DNA from: an uncultured Clostridia bacterium
GTDB taxonomy: Bacteria > Bacillota > Clostridia > Christensenellales > DTU072
Direction: 5' to 3'
Assembly (NCBI GenBank): GCA_944362765.1
Contig: CALVTP010000001.1
Span: 5,395-69,394 of the forward strand
Length of the DNA: 64,000 bases
The stretch's first letter is position 1; the number at the start of each line of letters is the position of its first letter. A program made the translations under genes and the position numbers. A model generated the notes under the pieces. That model did no database searches, had not been told where the DNA came from, and worked only from the letters and a program-made list of their open reading frames with translations. This document shows, in pieces, positions 56,580 through 63,159 of the stretch.

Positions 56580-57356
56580 ATGAAATTGAAAATCGACGCC
56601 GATTTGTTTTTATTCGATCTGGACGGCACCGTTTACCTCGGTGACACGCCCATCGAAGGCGCCATGGAAACGCTCAATAAACTCAGCGCGATGGGGAAGA
56701 AGGTCTGTTTTCTGACCAACAACTCCTCCAAAGACAAGCGCGAATATGTCAGGAAACTAAGTTCGATGGGTTATCCCGTCGACCTGTGGCAGATAATAAC
56801 TTCGACGATGGCGGCAGTACAGTTTCTGCACACCCGACGCCCCGGAAAATCCGTCTATCCGATAGGCACCCCCACTTTCATAAAGACCCTCGAAGAGGAA
56901 GCCATCCCCGTTTCCGAGGACGCCGACATAGTGCTTTTGGCGTTCGATACCACGTTAACCTACGACAAATTATGGCGCGCAAACGTGTTGTTGGAAGAGG
57001 GGAAGGAGTTTATCGCCACTCATCCCGACACTGTTTGTCCTTCCGACAAAGGCGACATGCCCGACGTCGGTTCGCTGATGGCGCTTCTGGAATGCTCCTC
57101 GGGGAGGGCGCCTTCAGTCATCTGCGGCAAACCGCATTCCCCGATGGCGGAAATCATCGCCCATCTTTTCGATATCCCGAAGGAGAGAATAGTCATGGTA
57201 GGCGACAGGCTGTATACCGACATCCTTTTCGGCATAAATAACGGCTATCAATCGCTTCTTGTGCTCTCCGGCGAGACGACGAAGGAAATGCTTCAGGCAT
57301 CAGGCGTCAAACCCACTTTCGTCTTCGACTCCATCAGGGACATAATAGAGGATTAG
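56580..57356 (+). CDS. HAD-IIA family hydrolase (NagD-like sugar-phosphatase type)
   Basis: Motif I FLFDLDGTVY, motif II LTNNSS, motif III GKP, motif IV MVGDRLYTDI. ATG at 56580 is preceded by AAGAGGAAAG. Confidence 0.88.
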   Translation: MKLKIDADLFLFDLDGTVYLGDTPIEGAMETLNKLSAMGKKVCFLTNNSSKDKREYVRKLSSMGYPVDLWQIITSTMAAVQFLHTRRPGKSVYPIGTPTFIKTLEEEAIPVSEDADIVLLAFDTTLTYDKLWRANVLLEEGKEFIATHPDTVCPSDKGDMPDVGSLMALLECSSGRAPSVICGKPHSPMAEIIAHLFDIPKERIVMVGDRLYTDILFGINNGYQSLLVLSGETTKEMLQASGVKPTFVFDSIRDIIED

Positions 57357-57394
57357 TTTTTTCCGTTCCGAAGACTTTAAACGGCGGAAAAAGG

Positions 57395-57423
57395 TTGCAA
57401 AAGCTTATTTAATATTATATAAT
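57395..57423 (+). promoter_or_regulatory. sigma-70-type promoter (TTGCAA-N17-TATAAT)
   Basis: TTGCAA at 57395-57400, 17-nt spacer, TATAAT at 57418-57423, ~50 nt upstream of the lipoprotein gene. Confidence 0.6.
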
Positions 57424-57476
57424 AAATCTCGCGGGCGTAAGGCTCGTTTCGAAATCTACCGTATACGGAGAAATCA

Positions 57477-58907
57477 ATGAAAAAAAAGATACTTATTACG
57501 GTTGCGATAATGCTTTTGGCGGCGCTGATGACGACGCTTGCGGCGTGCAACACTAGCTACAAACAGGACGCTCTTCCCGACTCTCCCGACGCTTCGGCGA
57601 AAGTGAGTTCCAACGGCGGACTGGCTGTAAAGGTGGGAAATTACATCTATTTCATCAACGGACTTGCCGGACAGGACGGCGATAACGAATTCGACGACGT
57701 CGTAAAAGGCGCCATAATGCGCGTCCCCCTCGATAAAGAAGGCGTGCCGCAACGTGACAAAGTACAGACTGTCGTCCCGAAAAACGTCTATAACTCCGAG
57801 GAAAGTTCCGCTCTCGTCGTAAAGAAAGGCTATATTTATTTCACTACGCCGAACGACGAAAACAACTCCGACGGCGAGCCCAAGACATCGGAAATGATCC
57901 TGATGCGCGCGACGCTGGACGGCTCCAAAATAGAGACCGTCGCCGAGTTCGACGACTACTCTTTAACTTATCGTGTGTCCGATAATTACATCGTCTATCA
58001 CAGGGGGACGGAGTTAAGGCTCATCGATCTGAACGATAAGAAGTTCAAAGACACGCTTATCGAAAGCGGAGTCGGCACCGTCATTTTCCCCGATTACGCC
58101 GATAATGAAAACGCCTTGGCAGACGTCGTTTTTTACACCAAAACTCCCGCCGATCCCTATGCCGATCATAATGAGGTCTGGGCTTACCGTGCGGGCGGCG
58201 CTCCCGTCGAAGCCATCAACGGGCTTAACGATTTCAACAAGGCGTCTCTTCCGCACCCCGGCGGTTACAGTCTGAGCCTTATCGGCGCGGATTTTGTTGG
58301 CGACAGCTCCATCCGCCTGCACTACACAAAGACGGATTCGGGTGCCAATAAGCGCTCTACGGGAGTCTATTCCTATACTTTCGGTGAGGACTTCACTTTC
58401 TCGGAGAGTGCGGAGATCCGCTACACCAAAGGCGTTACCTACACGGCAATCGACTTTGTTTCGGATGAACGTATCCTTGCTGTAGACTCCGATTCCATCG
58501 ACATGATCTACAAGGACGGTGACGAATGGAAGCATATCCCGGTCGTTGAAAAAGCCGCCACCGTCATGGATTTCACCGTATCCGATAAAGAGTACACCTT
58601 GACATATCTCGAGTCCGATGTCATCAAGGTTCTGGAATTCGTCTTCGACCCCTCCGCCGACGAAGTCATTACACTTCAGGATGTGACTACCAAGTTCAAC
58701 TCCGAATATAATTCCGACTGGCTGGGGCTCGACCTTATTGACGGAGTCGTTTACTATTTCAATTCCGACGTTCTGGATAACATCTACTATCTTAATCTTA
58801 ATAAAGTCGATTCGCGCGACGTAAGAACGCAGATACCTCAGAGGCTCGGCGTTTTCTCCGCCCAAGATATAATTTCCATGCTTGAATCCGGCGAGGAAGA
58901 GGAGTAA
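57477..58907 (+). CDS. lipoprotein, probable beta-propeller (DUF5050-like) domain protein
   Basis: Signal peptide plus lipobox (TTLAAC). Recurrent blade-like strings: GNYIYFINGL, KGYIYFTTPND, DNYIVYHRG, GVVYYFNSD. Confidence 0.65.
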   Translation: MKKKILITVAIMLLAALMTTLAACNTSYKQDALPDSPDASAKVSSNGGLAVKVGNYIYFINGLAGQDGDNEFDDVVKGAIMRVPLDKEGVPQRDKVQTVVPKNVYNSEESSALVVKKGYIYFTTPNDENNSDGEPKTSEMILMRATLDGSKIETVAEFDDYSLTYRVSDNYIVYHRGTELRLIDLNDKKFKDTLIESGVGTVIFPDYADNENALADVVFYTKTPADPYADHNEVWAYRAGGAPVEAINGLNDFNKASLPHPGGYSLSLIGADFVGDSSIRLHYTKTDSGANKRSTGVYSYTFGEDFTFSESAEIRYTKGVTYTAIDFVSDERILAVDSDSIDMIYKDGDEWKHIPVVEKAATVMDFTVSDKEYTLTYLESDVIKVLEFVFDPSADEVITLQDVTTKFNSEYNSDWLGLDLIDGVVYYFNSDVLDNIYYLNLNKVDSRDVRTQIPQRLGVFSAQDIISMLESGEEEE

Positions 58908-58972
58908 TTTTCCTTTGCCTGATATTAAATAATATATGCGATATAATTCGCTCACACAAAACCTTTTGAAGA

Positions 58973-58999
58973 AAGTTCGCACTGGTGGCGAACTTTTTT
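58973..58999 (+). terminator. rho-independent terminator after the lipoprotein gene
   Basis: AAGTTCGC-actggtg-GCGAACTT followed by TTTTTT. Confidence 0.8.
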
Positions 59000-59129
59000 A
59001 TAATTTTCTTCCCGCAAAGTTAGAGTATGAGGGCTTTAATATCTCGCAAAGAAAAAACCTTATGGAAAAGCTTGTACACACGTACGAGCTTTTTCAATAA
59101 GGAAGGGAAAGAGACGGGAAGAAAATTAT
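59000..59129 (-). mobile_element. MITE-like element copy U1 (~130 bp, intact TIRs, inverted relative to U2/U3)
   Basis: Termini ATAATTTTCTTCCCGC ... GACGGGAAGAAAATTAT. Internal long hairpin at 59058-59102. Aligns along its full length to the reverse complement of U3. Confidence 0.7.
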
Positions 59130-59349
59130 ATAGCCGCGGCTAGGGGCATATTTCACGGCGCTTTCGGACGAAAGAAACAAGTTTCCTCCCTTCGGGAGTT
59201 GTCTCGGAGCGTATGTCTATACAGCCCTTCGACAATTTCGCCCGAAACCGCAACCGGTAGAGGCTTTATCGCCTCCGCCGGTTGCTTCGCCGCAAACTAA
59301 CGCAAACAAGACTCCTACTTGTTCAAACGCCTTATATTCCTTTTGCTTG

Positions 59350-59393
59350 CCCCAATCCGCTGCGTATCTCACGGTTTACGCAGTAGTCTACAT
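59350..59393. repeat. left arm of a 44-nt long-range inverted repeat
   Basis: CCCCAATCCGCTGCGTATCTCACGGTTTACGCAGTAGTCTACAT. 39 of 44 positions match the reverse complement of 59741-59784. Confidence 0.85.
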
Positions 59394-59575
59394 TGTTACG
59401 CTTTACTTAATAGTGTGAGTTGTTTTTTATTGACCCCGCAAAATTGATGTACAATTTTTTAATCACCCGCAAAATCTATCTTTCTAAGACGATATCTCTT
59501 CCTTCTCTTCGGTATTATAAGAGTTGGCTCCAAAACGGACAGTCGCTTCGCTCCTGTCCTGCTACGTGGCTACGA

Positions 59576-59700
59576 AATAATTTTCTTCCCGCAATCAATA
59601 GCTCCTTATGAAAAAAGCTCGTACGGGGTACGAACTTTTCCATAAGGTTTTGTTTTCTCGAACAATTAAAGTTTTCTTACTTTAATTTAGCGGGAATGGC
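59576..59700 (+). mobile_element. MITE-like element copy U2 (right terminus degenerate)
   Basis: Left TIR AATAATTTTCTTCCCGCAA at 59576-59594. Hairpin at 59604-59647. The right end TTAGCGGGAAtggc has lost the outer TIR bases. Confidence 0.65.
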
Positions 59701-59740
59701 TACAACCGACACCCCCTCACTATAAAATACAGTCGTCGAG

Positions 59741-59784
59741 ATGTAGACTATCGTGTAAACTGTGAGATACGGAGCGGATTGGGG
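59741..59784. repeat. right arm of the 44-nt long-range inverted repeat
   Basis: ATGTAGACTATCGTGTAAACTGTGAGATACGGAGCGGATTGGGG. Weaker homology continues ~30 nt further toward the inside of the segment on both arms. Confidence 0.85.
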
Positions 59785-59928
59785 CGATATTGGGGGTGAT
59801 TTTTCGCGAAGCACCGGAAGGAGTGTACAAAGATGTACATGACTGGAGGTGCCCATAGGGTGTAACCCTTAAAATCCTATACACTTCGCGGAAAGGCGCC
59901 CCCAAGAGCGCCCCAAGACGCGGGTTGA

Positions 59929-60061
59929 AATAATTTTCTTCCCGCAATCAGGTCTTACCTTATGAAAAAAGCCTGTACGTGCGTACAAGCTTTTCCACAA
60001 GGTTTTGTTCAAGCGAGCAATAAAAGTACTCTTACTTTAATCTTGCGGGAAGAAAATTATT
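59929..60061 (+). mobile_element. MITE-like element copy U3 (133 bp, perfect 19-bp TIRs)
   Basis: AATAATTTTCTTCCCGCAA at 59929-59947 and its exact reverse complement TTGCGGGAAGAAAATTATT at 60043-60061. Hairpin at 59958-60002. The right end touches the stop codon of the SIS gene. Confidence 0.75.
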
Positions 60062-61091
60062 TCGTAATAGTGATTTTGGTACGATTCCTTGGTGCGTCGG
60101 GATTGATGCCCAGCGCCTCAGCCATAAACGCCACATACAACTCCACAGCCAGAGAATAAATAAACGGTGCGTTCATGCCGCGGCAGGTAGGCATATCGAG
60201 GCACTTAGAGGACATTCTTTTGACTTCGCTGATATCGGTAAAAGATATGATATTGGCTCCCAAAAGCCCGAGTCTGGTAGCCATACTTATAAATTCGTTG
60301 GTGAATTCGGAATCGGGAGCCAGGAGAAGGACGGGGGTGCCTTCCTCGACTACGGAGATAGGTCCGTGCATAAATTCCGAGGTAGAGAAGGAGCGGCTGA
60401 GCTTATAGCACGACTCCATCATTTTCAAAGAGAGTTCGCTGGCGGCGCATTGCGGAAGTCCGCGGGTGAGGATAAGAAAGTTGTTTATGTTCTGTGTCGA
60501 TTCGGCAAACGCCTTGATGGTATCTTTGTATTCGTCTATAAAGTCCCTGAGGAGGGGCGGAAGTTCCGCGGGGTTCATTCTTGCGGGGATGGGGGAGAGG
60601 GCGTTCGAAAGAAGGAACATTGCCACCAGCTCCGCGAGGAATGTTTTGGTTGCGCCGACGCTTTGTTCCTCTCCTGCGGCGAGGTCGATATGGAAGTCGG
60701 CTATTTTTGCGAGCGGCGATTCGGCGTTATTGGTGACGGCGACGGTGAGGGCGCCGGTTTCCTTTGCGGCTTCCAGCACCATGTGCGTATCGGTGGACAT
60801 GCCGCTTTGAGAAATAGCCAAGACCATATTTTTGGAGAGGTTGACTTTGGCTTTGTAGACGGTGGTGATGGAGGGAGTGAATTTGGAGACCATAACTTCG
60901 CCGATGGCTTCGACGATATATTTAAAATAAGTGGCGGCGTTGTCCGAGGTGCCGCGTGCGACTGTAGTTATGTTGGTGATACCGCGCGCTTTGAATGCTT
61001 TGGCAATGTCTTTGATGACCTGTTTGTTCTGAGCCATGACGTTTCTTACGACGTCGGGGGCAGCCAGGAACTCATTCAACATTACGGACAT
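60057..61091 (-). CDS. SIS-domain sugar-phosphate isomerase/deglycase (GlmS isomerase-half / FrlB / AgaS-like)
   Basis: Two SIS repeats (VARGTSDNAATY ... LAISQSGMSTD). C-terminus PRNRTKITITK parallels the GlmS-type ending PRNLAKSVTVE. ATG at 61091 has SD AGGAGAG; the ORF-track TTG at 61112 is less likely. Confidence 0.8.
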   Translation of the reverse strand: MSVMLNEFLAAPDVVRNVMAQNKQVIKDIAKAFKARGITNITTVARGTSDNAATYFKYIVEAIGEVMVSKFTPSITTVYKAKVNLSKNMVLAISQSGMSTDTHMVLEAAKETGALTVAVTNNAESPLAKIADFHIDLAAGEEQSVGATKTFLAELVAMFLLSNALSPIPARMNPAELPPLLRDFIDEYKDTIKAFAESTQNINNFLILTRGLPQCAASELSLKMMESCYKLSRSFSTSEFMHGPISVVEEGTPVLLLAPDSEFTNEFISMATRLGLLGANIISFTDISEVKRMSSKCLDMPTCRGMNAPFIYSLAVELYVAFMAEALGINPDAPRNRTKITITK

Positions 61092-61225
61092 ATTATGCTC
61101 TCCTAACGACACTTTTGTAATATGATGTAATTATTATATGCTATCACGGTATAAAAGTAAAACGAATTAAGTTGAAAATATTGATTAATTTCTCCCGACT
61201 CTTGCGGCAGCGGCATGGCGGTGCA

Positions 61226-61239
61226 GCCGTTTAAACGGC
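61226..61239. promoter_or_regulatory. perfect 14-bp palindrome GCCGTTTAAACGGC (operator candidate)
   Basis: Lies in the divergent SIS / ABC-F intergenic region, ~50 bp upstream of the ABC-F -35 box. Confidence 0.25.
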
Positions 61240-61290
61240 AAAAAAGCGTTTGAAAATCGGTCGATTTCAGATAAATCGCTTGCGTAATTG

Positions 61291-61319
61291 TTGCCACACG
61301 GGGAGATTTCGGCTATAAT
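61291..61319 (+). promoter_or_regulatory. sigma-70-type promoter (TTGCCA-N17-TATAAT)
   Basis: TTGCCA at 61291-61296, 17-nt spacer, TATAAT at 61314-61319. It lies inside the ORF-track N-terminal extension of the ABC-F gene. Confidence 0.55.
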
Positions 61320-61335
61320 GAATTGGGTTTTAAGT

Positions 61336-63021
61336 ATGATGAAAGGCAGCAAATTAAACCTTCAATTCGGGACGAAAGTCATTTACGAGGACGCTTCGTT
61401 CATATTGGAGAGTAACGACAAAGTCGGTGTAGTCGGCGTAAACGGCGCGGGAAAGACGACGCTGTTCAAGATAATTCTTGGCGAAATCGAGCCCGATTCC
61501 GGCTCCGTTTATACCTCAAAGCGCCGCATAGGCTATCTTCCGCAGGAAATAATCGCCGAGGAGAGCGATTCTACGGTGTGGGAGTACATTTTCGACGGCA
61601 GACCGATAAACAAAATCCATTCAGAGCTCGAAGAAATTTATAAACGGCTGGAATCGGAAGAGGACGATCCGACGGAGGATCTGAGGCGGATGCAGCAGTT
61701 GAGGGATGAGCTCGAATATTACGACGAATATAACGCCGAAGACAAACTTCTGGAACTTGTCGAGGAGATGAATATCCCGGCGGAACTGCTGAACCGTAAG
61801 ATGAACGAGTTGTCGGGCGGGCAAAAGTCGAAGATGGCGTTTGCGAGGACGCTCTTTCAAAAGTCGGAAATCCTGCTCCTGGACGAGCCGACGAACCACC
61901 TGGACGCCGAGATGAAGGAGTTCGTCACCAAGTACCTCAGCCGCTACAAAGGCATGGTTCTGATAATCAGCCACGACGTCGATTTTTTGAACGCCATCGT
62001 CGGGAAAATCCTTTTTGTCGACGCCGTTACGAAGAAATTGAAGGTCTATCCCGGAAACTACGACGAATTTTTAAAGCGCTCCGCCGAGGAAAAGCGGGTA
62101 AGGGAGTTGGAGACAAGACAGAAACTGAAAGAAATAGAGGAACTGGAAGCCTTCGTCAAACGCGCCCGCGAAGCCTCAGCCACCAACCACGCCCTTAAAA
62201 GAATGGGCTTGGAGCGCGCGGCAAGACTCGAAAAAAAGAAAAAGGAATTGAACGCGCCGGAGGTGTCTTTCAGACGCGTCAAGATGAATATCGCTCCAAA
62301 GCGCGAAGGCGCAAAGTGTCCTTTGGAGGTCGAAAACCTTAATTTCGGTTACCCGAATCAGCCATTACTATACAACGGGCTTTCCTTTAAGCTGCAAGGC
62401 GGGGAGCGTTTTCTGGTGGTCGGATTAAACGGCGTAGGGAAGTCTACGCTCCTTAAATTATTGACAGGGCTGCTCCTTCCGGCGTCCGGGAGAATCCGTT
62501 ATAATCCGCGGACGGACGTAGCGTATTACGCGCAGGAGCTGGAAGATGTGGAGCTCGATAAAACGGTATTTGAAAACGTCGTCACCCCCGAGTACACCGA
62601 TTGGCAACTGAGGGGAATATTAAGTAATTTCCTTTTTTACGAAGGGGATATCAACAAGCGGGCGGCGGTGCTGTCGCCCGGGGAGAAGGCGCGAATCGCC
62701 CTTTGCAAGGTGCTTTTGAAGAAGGCGAATTTGCTGCTCCTGGACGAGCCGACGAACCACCTCGACCCCGAAACGCAGGCGATAATAGGGGGGAACTTCA
62801 ATCTATTTCCGGGGACGATAATGGTGGTAAGCCATAATCCGTCGTTTGTGGAGCAGATAGGGATAGAAAGGATGCTGATACTGCCCTCCGGTCGGATAGA
62901 GCCGTACTCGCGGGAGCTCCTCGAATACTACTACGAGCTGAACACCCCGGAGGAGGAGAAGGAAGCCCGCCGCAAAAGCGCCGACACAGCCGAAAAATCC
63001 ACCCGAAAAGGTGCGCGTTGA
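61336..63021 (+). CDS. ABC-F family ATPase (two fused ABC domains, no TM domain)
   Basis: Walker A GVNGAGKTT and GLNGVGKST, signatures LSGGQKSK and LSPGEKAR, Walker B LLLDEPTNHLD twice. A charged inter-domain linker (EEKRVRELETRQKLKEIEELEAF). Start moved to the first ATG downstream of the promoter. Confidence 0.88.
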   Translation: MMKGSKLNLQFGTKVIYEDASFILESNDKVGVVGVNGAGKTTLFKIILGEIEPDSGSVYTSKRRIGYLPQEIIAEESDSTVWEYIFDGRPINKIHSELEEIYKRLESEEDDPTEDLRRMQQLRDELEYYDEYNAEDKLLELVEEMNIPAELLNRKMNELSGGQKSKMAFARTLFQKSEILLLDEPTNHLDAEMKEFVTKYLSRYKGMVLIISHDVDFLNAIVGKILFVDAVTKKLKVYPGNYDEFLKRSAEEKRVRELETRQKLKEIEELEAFVKRAREASATNHALKRMGLERAARLEKKKKELNAPEVSFRRVKMNIAPKREGAKCPLEVENLNFGYPNQPLLYNGLSFKLQGGERFLVVGLNGVGKSTLLKLLTGLLLPASGRIRYNPRTDVAYYAQELEDVELDKTVFENVVTPEYTDWQLRGILSNFLFYEGDINKRAAVLSPGEKARIALCKVLLKKANLLLLDEPTNHLDPETQAIIGGNFNLFPGTIMVVSHNPSFVEQIGIERMLILPSGRIEPYSRELLEYYYELNTPEEEKEARRKSADTAEKSTRKGAR

Positions 63022-63060
63022 AAGCGGGAAAAGCCGTGTTCACAAAAGCCTTCCGCTGAA

Positions 63061-63088
63061 AACTCCCCCGAAAGCCGGGGGAGTTTTG
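63061..63088. terminator. bidirectional rho-independent terminator between ABC-F and the metallophosphoesterase gene
   Basis: AACTCCCCCG-aaagc-CGGGGGAGTT (10-bp stem), flanked by AAAA upstream and TTTT downstream. Confidence 0.85.
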
Positions 63089-63159
63089 AATAAAATCCGA
63101 TTGTAAATCTTTGTTTCCGGTTATTTTTTAAATCAGTCAGGACGATTTTGCCGAAAGTG

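Noticed and set aside
59360-59382. Hairpin CTGCGTA...TACGCAG as a group II intron domain V remnant
   Set aside because: The stem is only 7 bp with a ~9-nt loop. It lacks the AGC triad, the 2-nt bulge and the GNRA loop. No intron-encoded reverse transcriptase or 5' GUGYG boundary is present.
58999-60061. Repeated units in the large intergenic region as a possible CRISPR array
   Set aside because: The repeats are ~130 bp rather than 25-40 bp. One copy is inverted, the spacing is irregular (446 and 228 bp), each unit has its own terminal inverted repeats, and no cas genes are present.
58999-60061. Repeated hairpin units as integron attC sites with gene cassettes
   Set aside because: There are no GTTRRRY/RYYYAAC core sites at the unit ends, no intI integrase or attI nearby, and the inter-unit segments carry no credible cassette ORFs.
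59420-60159. Small ORFs in the repeat region (59420-59611 +, 59720-59947 -, 59962-60159 +)
   Set aside because: They have no SD and odd composition, and they run through TIRs and hairpins. The short 'MKKA...' reading frames inside U2 and U3 are not conserved between copies.
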